Made by a program: the position numbers and the translations under genes
The notes under the pieces: model-generated
Told to the model about the DNA's origin: nothing
Databases searched by the model: none
The model's input: the letters and a program-made list of their open reading frames with translations, nothing else
Assembly (NCBI GenBank): GCA_904395805.1
Contig: CAJFNV010000009.1
Span: 14,111 to 78,110 of the forward strand
DNA: 64,000 nt
Origin: Candidatus Gallispira edinburgensis
Lineage (GTDB): Bacteria > Bacillota > Clostridia > Lachnospirales > CAG-274
Reading direction: 5' to 3'
Part shown: in pieces, positions 39,417 to 49,260 of the stretch
Layout: the number at the start of each line of letters is the position of its first letter
Position numbering within the stretch: position 1 is the stretch's first letter

Positions 39417-40654
39417 TTTATATAAGCAAACTATGGAAATTTATTCAGGGTTATGTTATAATTTCAATAAAGGGTTATAATATAGAAAAGCTTATTAATA
39501 AGGCTGTACAATCAGATATTCAAATCCATAATATCGATAAAAAAGGAAATACGGCACATATTACAGTATCTCCAAAGGATTTTAAGACATTAATAAAGTT
39601 ATGCAGAAAATACAAATGCAAAACTAAAATCATCAATAAAAACGGATTTTATCGCATAATAATATTCCTAAAGCTTAATCTCCTGTATCTTGCAGGACTT
39701 GTACTTGCTGTATTTTTTATATATTTTCTGACTCAGAGAGTCTGGATAATCGATATTACGGGCAATTCTCAGCTAAGCAAGCTTTCTATACTGACAAGCT
39801 GCAGTGAAAACGGTCTGTATACGGGCTGCAGCAAAAATTCTCTTGACTGCAAAAAGATAGCAGAAAACCTTAAGCTTGAATATAAAAACATTTCATGGAT
39901 AAATGTCAGCTTAAAAGGAGCAACTGTATATATCAAGCTTTCGGAGGATAAGCCTGAAACCGTAAACACAGCTTTATCAGGACCCATCAATATTGTTTCA
40001 TCTGTTGACTGCCGTATAGCCTCTATTATTACAAACAAGGGTACACCTCAGGTCAGGAAAAACGATGTTGTAAAAGCAGGAGATGTTCTTATATCCGCAC
40101 AGCTTGTTCCAAGCGGGATTGAAGAAAATCCCGTAACGGATATTGTTTCCGCAAAAGGAACCGTAAGGGGAGTTGTAACCAGAGTTTATTCCTTTACCGT
40201 GCCCTTTGAGGCTAAAGAAAAAAAATATACGGACAATACAAGAACACAGTATAGGATCAAGTTTTTCAATAAATCTCTTACATTGAATAAAGTAAAGGCA
40301 TTCTCTCTGAGTGATAAGGCAACGGATATAGTACAGCTTAAACTCGGCGAAAACTGCCCTCTTCCCCTGTTTATTGTAAAGGAGATCAACAGGGAGTATA
40401 TTTTAACACCTGTCAGGAGAGATGAGGCTGCAGCTAAGAAAATTGCAGATAAACAGATCATTGAACATATTGTTCAGAATTACAGTACAGATTCAGACAT
40501 TATTTCTGTTAAAACCAGATACAACACTGCCAAGAATACACTTCAGGTCAGTTCGGAAATAATATCTGAAGAAAACGTCGGAAAAGAAATTCCATATGAA
40601 AATTCAGGAGGAAATGCATTAAATGGAACAACAGAAAATTCAAATATCAGCTAA
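39413..40654 (+). CDS. yqfD: Sporulation protein YqfD
   Basis: 413 aa with a central TM, following yqfC with overlapping stop and start, in the conserved position. Confidence 0.8.
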   Translation: MIYISKLWKFIQGYVIISIKGYNIEKLINKAVQSDIQIHNIDKKGNTAHITVSPKDFKTLIKLCRKYKCKTKIINKNGFYRIIIFLKLNLLYLAGLVLAVFFIYFLTQRVWIIDITGNSQLSKLSILTSCSENGLYTGCSKNSLDCKKIAENLKLEYKNISWINVSLKGATVYIKLSEDKPETVNTALSGPINIVSSVDCRIASIITNKGTPQVRKNDVVKAGDVLISAQLVPSGIEENPVTDIVSAKGTVRGVVTRVYSFTVPFEAKEKKYTDNTRTQYRIKFFNKSLTLNKVKAFSLSDKATDIVQLKLGENCPLPLFIVKEINREYILTPVRRDEAAAKKIADKQIIEHIVQNYSTDSDIISVKTRYNTAKNTLQVSSEIISEENVGKEIPYENSGGNALNGTTENSNIS

Positions 40655-41591
40655 TATCATATCAGGTCTTTTCGGAAGCTTTGATTCAAATATAAAAAAG
40701 ATCGAATCGGAATATGACGTAAGTATCATAAACAGAGGCGATGATATAGATATTATTGGAGAGAGCGAAGATATTGAAAAAGCTGTTAATGTAATCAATT
40801 CATTGATAAAGCTTATTGAATCCGGTGAATCTATTGATACTCAAAGTATTAACTATATCATAACAGAAGTAAATAATAACAATACCGATGAAGTAAATAA
40901 ATTAAAAGATGATATAATTTGTATGACAATAAACGGCAGAGCCTTAAAGCCAAAGACCCTCGGTCAGAAATATTATGTTGACTGCATAAGAAACAATACA
41001 GTTGTTTTCGGTGTAGGTCCTGCCGGTACAGGAAAAACATACCTTGCAATGGCTATGGCAATTACAGCCTTTAAAAACGGAGATGTAAACAGAATTATTC
41101 TTACACGTCCCGCAATTGAAGCAGGAGAAAATCTTGGCTTCCTCCCGGGAGATATGCAGGATAAAGTTGACCCATATCTGCGTCCTCTTTATGATGCACT
41201 TTATGAGATAATGGGTGCAGAAACATTTCTTAAAAATATGGAAAAAGGTGCAATTGAGGTTGCTCCCCTTGCCTATATGAGAGGAAGAACTCTTGATAAC
41301 TCCTTTATAGTACTGGATGAGGCACAGAATACTACTCCGGAACAGATGAAAATGTTCCTTACAAGACTTGGTTATGGTTCAAAGGCTGTTATTACAGGAG
41401 ACGTTACACAGATCGACCTGCCAAGAGGCAAAAAGTCGGGACTTATTGAAGCTGTAAAAATCCTTGACAATATAGAGGGTATTAAAATATGCAATCTTAC
41501 AAATAAGGATGTTGTCCGTCACCCACTTGTACAAAGGATAATTTCAGCCTATGAAGCATTTGAAAAGGCTAAGGAAAAGAGTGAAGAATAA
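40623..41591 (+). CDS. phoH: PhoH-family ATPase
   Basis: GPAGTGKTYLAMA..LTRPAIEAGENLGFLPGD..VLDEAQN..GD.TQIDLP. Confidence 0.95.
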   Translation: MEQQKIQISANIISGLFGSFDSNIKKIESEYDVSIINRGDDIDIIGESEDIEKAVNVINSLIKLIESGESIDTQSINYIITEVNNNNTDEVNKLKDDIICMTINGRALKPKTLGQKYYVDCIRNNTVVFGVGPAGTGKTYLAMAMAITAFKNGDVNRIILTRPAIEAGENLGFLPGDMQDKVDPYLRPLYDALYEIMGAETFLKNMEKGAIEVAPLAYMRGRTLDNSFIVLDEAQNTTPEQMKMFLTRLGYGSKAVITGDVTQIDLPRGKKSGLIEAVKILDNIEGIKICNLTNKDVVRHPLVQRIISAYEAFEKAKEKSEE

Positions 41592-42043
41592 TGGATGTTT
41601 TATTTGAGAACACAACAGATATAAAAGTAAATGAAGAGCTTATCAATTCGGTTATTGCCGAAAGCCTCAGATATGAAGGCGTATCCGATAACTGTGAAGT
41701 AAGCGTAACAATAGTTGACAATGATGAAATCCATTCAATAAATTTAAAGCACAGAGGAATTGACAGACCCACAGATGTTCTTTCATTTCCCCTAATAAAT
41801 TTTGAAAAGGAAACCCTTCCTAATGATGGTTCAAAAATTTATTTGGGAGATATAATTATAAGTATAGAAAAAGCAGAGGAACAGGCAAAAGAATACGGTC
41901 ACTCTCTTGACAGGGAAATCGGCTTTCTCACTGCCCACAGTATGCTTCATCTCCTTGGCTATGACCATATGGTTGAAGATGAAGAAAAAATTATGTTTAA
42001 AAAACAGGAAGAAATACTTAATAACCTTAATTTAAGGAGATAA
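41591..42043 (+). CDS. ybeY: rRNA maturation endoribonuclease YbeY
   Basis: Zn motif HSMLHLLGYDH, 150 aa. Confidence 0.95.
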   Translation: MDVLFENTTDIKVNEELINSVIAESLRYEGVSDNCEVSVTIVDNDEIHSINLKHRGIDRPTDVLSFPLINFEKETLPNDGSKIYLGDIIISIEKAEEQAKEYGHSLDREIGFLTAHSMLHLLGYDHMVEDEEKIMFKKQEEILNNLNLRR

Positions 42044-42045
42044 AA

Positions 42046-42435
42046 ATGGACGAAAATAAAAAGCTTTACGAAATGGCATTAAAAGCCAGAGAGTTTGCCT
42101 ATGCTCCATATTCGGGCTTTAAAGTAGGCGCAGCCGCCCTTACAAATGACGGCATAGTATTTTTAGGCAGTAATATTGAAAATTCATCCTATGGTGCTAC
42201 GGTATGTGCCGAAAGAGTTGCAATATTCAAAGCAGTATCAGAGGCAAAGAAAAATATTGTAAAAATCGCTATAGCCTCCGATACAGAAGATTTCACATAT
42301 CCCTGCGGTATTTGCAGACAGGTAATAAATGAATTTATGCCTGAGGGTGAAATAATTTTAGGCAACGGCAGTGAAATCAAAGTATATAAGGTTTCAGAAC
42401 TTATTCCTCACGGATTTGAATTAAAGAAGGACTGA
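42046..42435 (+). CDS. cdd: Cytidine deaminase
   Basis: CAERVAIFKA and PCGICRQV zinc motifs. Confidence 0.95.
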   Translation: MDENKKLYEMALKAREFAYAPYSGFKVGAAALTNDGIVFLGSNIENSSYGATVCAERVAIFKAVSEAKKNIVKIAIASDTEDFTYPCGICRQVINEFMPEGEIILGNGSEIKVYKVSELIPHGFELKKD

Positions 42436-42439
42436 TTAT

Positions 42440-42997
42440 ATGACATGGGAAGAGCTGATTTATTTATGTAACAACTGTCATGACTGTGATCTTTGTAAAA
42501 CAAGACATAATGTAGTTGTAGGTGTAGGCAACAGAGAAAGTAATATTTTATTCGTCGGTGAAGGTCCCGGATATTACGAGGATATGCAGGGAGAACCTTT
42601 TGTAGGCGCTGCAGGACAGCTCCTTGACAAAATGCTTGCTGCCATTAATCTTGACAGAAGTATGGTCTATATTGCAAATATTGTAAAGTGCAGACCGCCT
42701 CAGAACAGAGACCCTCTTCCCGAGGAGCAGACTGCCTGTATAAGATATCTCAGACAGCAGTTTAAGCTTATACGACCACAAATCATAGTCTGTCTTGGAA
42801 GAATTGCGGCAAAGGCTATTATAGAGCCTGATTTTAAAATAACCCGTGACAGAGGTAAATGGTACAACAAAAAGGGAATAGACATTATAGCTACATACCA
42901 CCCCTCTGCTCTTCTCCGTGATGAAAGCAAAAAACCTGCAGCTTGGCAGGATTTTAAAGCAATAAGAGATAAATTAAAAGAAATAGACGAAAGGTAA
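42440..42997 (+). CDS. Family-4 uracil-DNA glycosylase (Fe-S type)
   Basis: N-terminal C..C..C cluster, GEGPG, FVGAAGQLLD, and HPSALLR near the C-terminus. Confidence 0.85.
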   Translation: MTWEELIYLCNNCHDCDLCKTRHNVVVGVGNRESNILFVGEGPGYYEDMQGEPFVGAAGQLLDKMLAAINLDRSMVYIANIVKCRPPQNRDPLPEEQTACIRYLRQQFKLIRPQIIVCLGRIAAKAIIEPDFKITRDRGKWYNKKGIDIIATYHPSALLRDESKKPAAWQDFKAIRDKLKEIDER

Positions 42998-43002
42998 ATA
43001 AT

Positions 43003-43908
43003 ATGAGTAATAAATTTCATTCAGGCTTTGTATCATTAATAGGCAGACCCAATGTAGGCAAGTCTACATTGATGAATCTCCTTATAGGTGAAAAAATTTC
43101 AATAATTTCAAGCAAGCCTCAGACAACGAGAAACAAAATACAGACTATACTTACGACTGATACTATGCAGGTAATATTTGTGGACACTCCCGGTATTCAC
43201 AAGGCAAAGTCCAAGCTTGGTGACTATATGGTCAAAAGTGCCGAGACTTCATTAAACGATGTGGATATAGTCCTCTATCTTATTGAGCCCTATGAAAAAA
43301 TAAAGGACAGCGACAAGGCAATTCTTGAAAGACTGAAAAAAGTCAAAACGCCTGTATTTCTTATAATAAACAAAATTGATACAGTGGACAAGCCCGAGCT
43401 TTTAAAGGTTATGGAAAACTACAGCAAGGAATATGATTTTGCCGAAATTATACCTCTTTCAGCGTTAAAGGGAAAAAATCATGAAACTCTCCTTGAAAAT
43501 ATTGAAAAATATCTTCCCGAGGGACCTAAGTATTTCCCCGAGGATATGATAACAGACCAGCCCGAAAAGCAGATCGTGTCTGAAATAATAAGAGAAAAAG
43601 CTCTCTATCTTCTTCAGGATGAAATTCCTCATGGCATTGCCGTTGAGATAACTTCAATGAAGCACAGAAAAGACAAAGACATTACCGATATCGATGCTAC
43701 GATTTACTGCGAAAGAGACTCTCACAAAGGCATAATAATAGGCAAGCAAGGCTCTATGCTTAAGAAAATAGGTTCAAACGCCCGCCGTGACATACAGAGA
43801 TTTTTAAGCGGACAAATCAATCTGCAAATATGGGTAAAGGTCAAAAAGGATTGGCGTGACAGTGATTTTCTTTTAAAAAATTTCGGTTATGATTCTAAAA
43901 ATATTTAA
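43003..43908 (+). CDS. era: GTPase Era
   Basis: GRPNVGKST..DTPG..NKID followed by a KH domain. Confidence 0.95.
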   Translation: MSNKFHSGFVSLIGRPNVGKSTLMNLLIGEKISIISSKPQTTRNKIQTILTTDTMQVIFVDTPGIHKAKSKLGDYMVKSAETSLNDVDIVLYLIEPYEKIKDSDKAILERLKKVKTPVFLIINKIDTVDKPELLKVMENYSKEYDFAEIIPLSALKGKNHETLLENIEKYLPEGPKYFPEDMITDQPEKQIVSEIIREKALYLLQDEIPHGIAVEITSMKHRKDKDITDIDATIYCERDSHKGIIIGKQGSMLKKIGSNARRDIQRFLSGQINLQIWVKVKKDWRDSDFLLKNFGYDSKNI

Positions 43909-43975
43909 TGGCAATTTTTATACAGCATACATTTACCGTAAAAACAAAAACTAATACCATAAAGGAGGAATTCTT

Positions 43976-44107
43976 ATGAATGATTTCTTATGGCAGATGT
44001 TTGAAAAAAGCGGCAATATAAACTATTATTTAGCTTACAAAAGACTGGGAACACAGGGAGCAGATGCAGATGAGTTCAGAAAAAATACGGGGAATAATAA
44101 TACGTGA
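43976..44107 (+). CDS. yqzL: YqzL-family small protein (43 aa), absent from the ORF track
   Basis: AAAGGAGGA SD at 43961-43969, then ATG 43976. MNDFLWQMFEKSGNINYYLAYKRL resembles Bacillus YqzL, which also sits between era and recO. Confidence 0.65.
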   Translation: MNDFLWQMFEKSGNINYYLAYKRLGTQGADADEFRKNTGNNNT

Positions 44108-44726
44108 AAATTTTTCAGGGGAATCCGATAAATTTCTGACCATATTTGCAAAGGACAAAGGCAAAATTTCTGTTTTTGCCAAAGGAGCAAGGAACACAAG
44201 GAGCAAATTCCTTGCCTCCTCCTCATTATTTACATATGGTGACTTTATTATACGCACTGTAACAAAAACCCCTACTCTTTTAACTGCCGATGTTATAGAA
44301 AGCTTTTATAATATACGCAATGATTTTGCAACAGCGGTATATGCCTCCTGCTTTGCTGAATTTATTGATAAAGCTCTTATTGAAAAAGTTCCCGATAATA
44401 ATGCCCTGCTCCTGCTGCTTAAATCCCTTCAAAAGCTTTCTAAAGAAAATGCAGAGCCAAGACTTACAGGATGTATATTCCATCTTAGATTTCTTGATAT
44501 TCTGGGTTACAGACCCGATGATGAAATTCTTTCATCACTTAGTGCAACAGGATATTCCGCTGCACTGTATATACTTTCATCACCTTTAAACAAGGCATTT
44601 AATATATCCCTTGATACTGTATATATATCAGAGCTTGAAACCTTTATCGAAAAATATATAGACTATCATATGGATATAAAACTGAAAAGTTATAAAATAA
44701 TTAAAGATTTGCTATTGACAAATTAA
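44064..44726 (+). CDS. recO: DNA repair protein RecO
   Basis: OB-fold N-terminus IRGIIIRENFSGESDKFLTIFAKDKGKISVFAKGAR in the conserved position after era. The start is 44064 or 44070. Confidence 0.85.
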   Translation: MQMSSEKIRGIIIRENFSGESDKFLTIFAKDKGKISVFAKGARNTRSKFLASSSLFTYGDFIIRTVTKTPTLLTADVIESFYNIRNDFATAVYASCFAEFIDKALIEKVPDNNALLLLLKSLQKLSKENAEPRLTGCIFHLRFLDILGYRPDDEILSSLSATGYSAALYILSSPLNKAFNISLDTVYISELETFIEKYIDYHMDIKLKSYKIIKDLLLTN

Positions 44727-44789
44727 AATAAAGTGATATACTTATCTTAAGTTAATAAATTACAGCTAACATAAATGTTATTTATGCTG

Positions 44790-44905
44790 ACTGCAATCTT
44801 CAGGGATTTGTGAAATTCAATACCGGCGGTAAAGCCCGCGAGCCTTATGGCATGATTCGGTGTAACTCCGAAGCCGACAGTAAAGTCTGGATGTGAGAAG
44901 ATTAT
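44790..44905 (+). promoter_or_regulatory. FMN riboswitch (RFN element) aptamer
   Basis: Near-consensus CTTCAGGG..GTGAAATTC..ACCGGCGGTAAAGCCCGCGAGCC..GGTG.AACTCCGAAGCCGACAGTAAAGTCTGGATG.GAGAAG. The P1 halves are tcttc/gaaga. Confidence 0.95.
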
Positions 44906-44933
44906 GCTTTGTGTAATTAATTCCCTGAGTTTT

Positions 44934-44968
44934 ATTTAAACTCAGGTTTTTTATTTTTCAGAATTAAG
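44934..44968 (+). terminator. Riboswitch expression-platform terminator 1
   Basis: cctgagttt/aaactcagg stem followed by TTTTTTATTTTT. Its 5' arm tccctga can pair alternatively with tcaggga in the aptamer P1 5' strand. Confidence 0.85.
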
Positions 44969-45010
44969 CAAAACTGATTTCCGACACACAAATATTTTCA
45001 TTACAATTTT

Positions 45011-45041
45011 TCCCTGTATTTATACAGGGATTTTTTATTTT
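45011..45041 (+). terminator. Second terminator-like hairpin in the rib leader
   Basis: tccctgta/tacaggga perfect stem followed by TTTTTTATTTT. Confidence 0.7.
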
Positions 45042-45075
45042 AAATAAACAATTCCTGACACCTAATAATAACAAT

Positions 45076-45119
45076 TTTGTAGGGGCGAGCATTGCTCGCC
45101 CGATTTACCCCATTACAAA
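45076..45119. repeat. GC-rich nested palindrome (tttgtagggGCGAGCattGCTCGCCcgatttaccccattacaaa)
   Basis: 8-bp GC stem gggcgagc/gctcgccc with a possible outer pairing tttgtagggg/cccc-at-tacaaa. It sits in an otherwise AT-rich leader and has a REP-like appearance. Confidence 0.5.
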
Positions 45120-45188
45120 CAGCTGGATTTTATATCAAAAATCCCTATTATAAGTTCAACAACTATTTTATTTTAAAGGAATGATTTT

Positions 45189-46268
45189 ATGAATTACATG
45201 GAAAGAGCAATTGAGCTTGCCAAAAAAGGTGCAGGCTTTGTCTCCCCCAACCCAATGGTAGGAGCAGTAATAGTTAAAAACGGAAAAATCATAGGTGAAG
45301 GCTATCATCAAAAATACGGCTCAAATCATGCTGAAGTCAATGCATTTTTAAGTGCAAAGGAAGATGTATCGGGAGCTGAAATGTATGTCACTCTTGAGCC
45401 ATGCAGCCACTATGGACACACTCCCCCCTGTGCAAAGGCAATTATTGACCGCAAAATCAGTAAGGTTTACATAGGCTCCCTTGATGTCAATCCACTTGTT
45501 GCAGGCAATGGGGTAAAAATGCTCAGGGATGCAGGCATTGATGTTGAAGTGGGAGTTATGGAGAAAGAATGTAAGGCAATAAACCCCATTTTCTTTAAAT
45601 ATATTAAGACGGGACTCCCCTATGTTCTTATGAAAACGGCAATGACTCTTGACGGCAAAATTGCAGCATATACAGGTGACTCAAAATGGGTATCAAACGA
45701 AACTTCAAGACAACTTGTCCAGAAGTTAAGACATAACCTTAAAGGAATTATGGTTGGCATAAACACAGTTATCGCAGATGATCCAAGCCTTACATGCAGA
45801 ATAGATAATGGCATTGATCCCGTAAGAATAATAGTTGATTCAAGGCTCAGAATTCCCCTTGACTCAAATGTACTTAAGCTAAATATTGATAACCATTGTA
45901 TTATAGCCACACTTAAAGAAGCAGATTCTTATAAAAAATCTCAGCTTGAAGCCATGGGTGCGGAAATTATTGAAACAGATACTAAAAATAACAGTGTTGA
46001 TTTAAAAGAGCTTATGTATGAGCTTGGCAAAAGAAAAATAGACAGCATACTCCTTGAAGGCGGCGGAACTCTTAATTTTTCAATGCTGAATGAAGGTCTG
46101 GTAGATAAAGCCCTTTTCTTTATTTCACCTAAAATCATAGGAGGCTCTGATTCCAAAACTCCTGTTGAAGGAAAAGGAATACCTCTTATGAAAGATGCCA
46201 TAAATCTTAAGAATACAGAAATCAAAGAAATTGACGGAGACGTTTTAATATACGGAGATTTGAGGTGA
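45189..46268 (+). CDS. ribD: Bifunctional riboflavin biosynthesis deaminase/reductase
   Basis: HAEVNA..LEPCSHYGHTPPC deaminase motif followed by a reductase domain. Confidence 0.95.
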   Translation: MNYMERAIELAKKGAGFVSPNPMVGAVIVKNGKIIGEGYHQKYGSNHAEVNAFLSAKEDVSGAEMYVTLEPCSHYGHTPPCAKAIIDRKISKVYIGSLDVNPLVAGNGVKMLRDAGIDVEVGVMEKECKAINPIFFKYIKTGLPYVLMKTAMTLDGKIAAYTGDSKWVSNETSRQLVQKLRHNLKGIMVGINTVIADDPSLTCRIDNGIDPVRIIVDSRLRIPLDSNVLKLNIDNHCIIATLKEADSYKKSQLEAMGAEIIETDTKNNSVDLKELMYELGKRKIDSILLEGGGTLNFSMLNEGLVDKALFFISPKIIGGSDSKTPVEGKGIPLMKDAINLKNTEIKEIDGDVLIYGDLR

Positions 46269-46272
46269 TAGC

Positions 46273-46887
46273 TTGTTTACGGGAATAGTTGAAGAAACGG
46301 GAACAGTATTAAAATCTGGAAATCCTCTTGTAATAAAAGCAAAAAAAATACTTGAGGATATACACTTAGGTGACAGTATAGCAGTAAACGGCATTTGTCT
46401 TACGGTTACTTCTTTTACAGATGACACAATCACCCTTGATGTAATGAATGAAACCTACGGCAGAACAAACTTAAGGCATATTAAATACGGAACTAAAGTA
46501 AATCTGGAGCGTGCAATGTCAGCCGGCGGACGATTCGGGGGACACATAGTAAGCGGACATATTGACGGCACGGGAATTTTAACGGACATTACAAGTGACG
46601 GCATAGCAAAATGGCTTACAATTTCAGCAGACAGCAGTATTTTAAAGTACATAGTTTTAAAAGGCTCTGTAACTCTTGACGGTGTAAGCTTAACAGTGGC
46701 TTATGTTGACGATAAGATTTTTAAGTTATCGGTAATACCCCACACTCAGTCGGAAACGACCCTGCTTTTAAAGTCTGTCGGTTCCGAAATAAATATTGAA
46801 ACCGACATTATAGGAAAGTATGTTGAAAAATTTACAAGATCCGAAAGCAGAATCACAATGGATTTTTTAAGAGAAAACGGATTTTAG
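46273..46887 (+). CDS. ribE: Riboflavin synthase
   Basis: MFTGIVEE..GDSIAVNGICLTV..GSVTLDGVSLTV. TTG start. Confidence 0.95.
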   Translation: MFTGIVEETGTVLKSGNPLVIKAKKILEDIHLGDSIAVNGICLTVTSFTDDTITLDVMNETYGRTNLRHIKYGTKVNLERAMSAGGRFGGHIVSGHIDGTGILTDITSDGIAKWLTISADSSILKYIVLKGSVTLDGVSLTVAYVDDKIFKLSVIPHTQSETTLLLKSVGSEINIETDIIGKYVEKFTRSESRITMDFLRENGF

Positions 46888-46899
46888 GAGGTAAATCAT

Positions 46900-48099
46900 A
46901 TGTTTAAATTTAACACTATTGAAGAAGCTATAGAAGATATTAAAAACGGAAAAATAATTATAGTAGTTGATGATGAGGACAGAGAAAATGAAGGTGACCT
47001 TATAATGGCTGCCGAAAAGGTAACTACAGAAACTATGAATTTTATAGTCACCTATGCAAAAGGTCTTGTATGCCTGCCTGCTGATGCCTCAATGATAAAC
47101 AGGCTTAATCTTCCTCAGATGGTTGAAAACAACACAGATAATCACTGTACAGCCTTTACCGTTGCCATTGACCACGTTGACACCACAACAGGTATTTCGG
47201 CAGAAGAAAGAGCTTACACTGTAAGAAAATTTGCAGATGAAACTTCAAAGCCCGAGGATTTCAGACGTCCCGGACATATGTTTCCCCTTCTCGCAAAATC
47301 AGGGGGCGTACTTGAAAGAAATGGTCACACAGAGGCAACAGTAGACTTAATGAAGCTTGCGGGACTTAAACCTGCAGGTATATGCTGTGAAATCATTAAG
47401 GACGACGGCACTATGGCAAGACTTGACGATTTAATAGAATTCAGCAAAAAGCATAATTTAAAGCTTATATCTATTGCAGAGCTTGCCGAATATATCAGGG
47501 CTAATTCATTTCCTTTGAGAAAAGCCGTTTCAACAAAACTTATGACTAAATACGGAGAGTTTAATATTAACGGCTATGTTGACAATGAGGGCAGAGAGCA
47601 TTTAGCTCTTTATATGGGCGATATATCAAATGGTGAACCTGTTTTATGCAGAGTACATTCGGAATGCCTTACAGGGGATGCTCTCGGGTCAGCAAAATGT
47701 GACTGTGGCCAGCAGTACGATGAGGCTATGAAAAGAATAGCAAAGGAAGGCAGAGGCGCCCTTCTCTACATGCGTCAGGAAGGCAGAGGTATCGGCCTGA
47801 TTAATAAGCTCAAAGCCTATGAGCTCCAAAGACAGGGCATGGACACTGTGGAAGCCAATCTGGCTCTCGGTTTTCCCGAGGATATGCGAAAGTATGATAA
47901 AGCCGCAGAAATACTCAGAGATCTGGGCATAAATAGAGTCAGACTTATGACAAACAATCCCGACAAAATCCATAAGCTGCAGGAGCTGGGCATTGAAATT
48001 ACGGAAAGAGTTCCTATTATAGTACATCACAGTCATAGTGCAGACTTTTATATGCACACAAAGCAGGAAAAAATGGGTCATTTATTAAATTTATTATAA
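46900..48099 (+). CDS. ribBA: Bifunctional DHBP synthase / GTP cyclohydrolase II
   Basis: [16 protein letters not shown] followed by [14 protein letters not shown]. Confidence 0.95.
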   Translation: MFKFNTIEEAIEDIKNGKIIIVVDDEDRENEGDLIMAAEKVTTETMNFIVTYAKGLVCLPADASMINRLNLPQMVENNTDNHCTAFTVAIDHVDTTTGISAEERAYTVRKFADETSKPEDFRRPGHMFPLLAKSGGVLERNGHTEATVDLMKLAGLKPAGICCEIIKDDGTMARLDDLIEFSKKHNLKLISIAELAEYIRANSFPLRKAVSTKLMTKYGEFNINGYVDNEGREHLALYMGDISNGEPVLCRVHSECLTGDALGSAKCDCGQQYDEAMKRIAKEGRGALLYMRQEGRGIGLINKLKAYELQRQGMDTVEANLALGFPEDMRKYDKAAEILRDLGINRVRLMTNNPDKIHKLQELGIEITERVPIIVHHSHSADFYMHTKQEKMGHLLNLL

Positions 48100-48115
48100 A
48101 TCGGAGGTAATTAAA

Positions 48116-48577
48116 ATGAGAAAAATTGAAGGTAATTTAGTTGCAGAGGGAAAGACATTTGCTATCGTTGCATCAAGATTTAATGAGTTTATTGTCAATA
48201 AGCTTGTAAGCGGTGCAGAAGACGCATTTATAAGACACGGCGTAAATGAAGATGACATTTCACTTGTATGGGTTCCGGGAGCCTTTGAGATTCCCTTAAC
48301 TGCAAAAAAACTTGCAAACAGCGGTAAGTATGATGCAGTTGTTTGCGTCGGTGCGGTCATAAGAGGTGCTACAAGCCATTATGACTATGTATGCAACGAA
48401 GTTTCAAAGGGTATTGCTTCTGTTGGTTTAAGCAGCGGTGTTCCCGTCATTTTCGGCATTGTGACTACAGAAAATATTGAACAGGCAATAGAAAGAGCAG
48501 GCACAAAAGCAGGCAATAAAGGCTTTGATGCTGCCGTTTCAGCAATTGAAATGGTCAATCTTTTTGATAATATTTAA
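48116..48577 (+). CDS. ribH: 6,7-dimethyl-8-ribityllumazine synthase
   Basis: [40 protein letters not shown]. Confidence 0.95.
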   Translation: MRKIEGNLVAEGKTFAIVASRFNEFIVNKLVSGAEDAFIRHGVNEDDISLVWVPGAFEIPLTAKKLANSGKYDAVVCVGAVIRGATSHYDYVCNEVSKGIASVGLSSGVPVIFGIVTTENIEQAIERAGTKAGNKGFDAAVSAIEMVNLFDNI

Positions 48578-48600
48578 TTTTACTTTTCTTATAAAACAAA

Positions 48601-48638
48601 CAGGGCTCCATGTCATCAAACTGACTAAGGAGCCCCTG
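48601..48638. terminator. Stem-loop between convergent ribH and the zeta-like gene
   Basis: cagggctcc / ggagcccctg arms with a roughly 20-nt loop and a T-rich tail. Confidence 0.5.
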
Positions 48639-48647
48639 ATTTCTTTA

Positions 48648-49214
48648 TTATATTTTATTATTTATAATATCAGACAATTTGACAATCCACTCAGGTCTGT
48701 AACCGTTTACAAATCTGAACTGAGCGTTTCTAATCTCGGCTACCTTTATAAAGCCGTTTTCATTATCATAAAAATTTACCTCGTCGCAATAAGAAATAAT
48801 ATCTGAAAGCAAATCAAATCTTTTATTAAATCTTCTTATTACATCCTTTTCAGGTATATTATGACCGCCTTTTTTAACTCTGTTTGCTATACGCGTAAGA
48901 CTTTCTTCGGCACTGCTTAAGCCAATGTAGTAAAGAGAAATATAATATCCCTTTCTTCTTGCTCTCTTCACAGTATTCAGGACAGTATGACCTGACAGAG
49001 TCGTTTCTTGGGTAAAGGATATGTTTTTCTCTAAACATTCCCGTATTTTTGCTACGGCAGTTTTTGCAGCCTTATACAGATCATTATTATTTTCCTTCGC
49101 TATTAAGTCAGGGTCTATTATGTGACCGAGATTAACATTCTGTCCCTCTAAAACACCTCTGAAACTTGACTTGCCTGTTCCGTTTACACCGGCAATAATT
49201 GTATATACATTCAT
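48648..49214 (-). CDS. Zeta-toxin-family / COG4185-like P-loop kinase (188 aa)
   Basis: Walker A IIAGVNGTGKSS at the extreme N-terminus, plus size and layout typical of zeta/PezT-like kinases. ATG 49214 has an AGGGGG SD. Confidence 0.6.
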   Translation of the reverse strand: MNVYTIIAGVNGTGKSSFRGVLEGQNVNLGHIIDPDLIAKENNNDLYKAAKTAVAKIRECLEKNISFTQETTLSGHTVLNTVKRARRKGYYISLYYIGLSSAEESLTRIANRVKKGGHNIPEKDVIRRFNKRFDLLSDIISYCDEVNFYDNENGFIKVAEIRNAQFRFVNGYRPEWIVKLSDIINNKI

Positions 49215-49260
49215 ACAAATTCCCCCTGTAATACATAACAATTACACTCTTATTAATACT

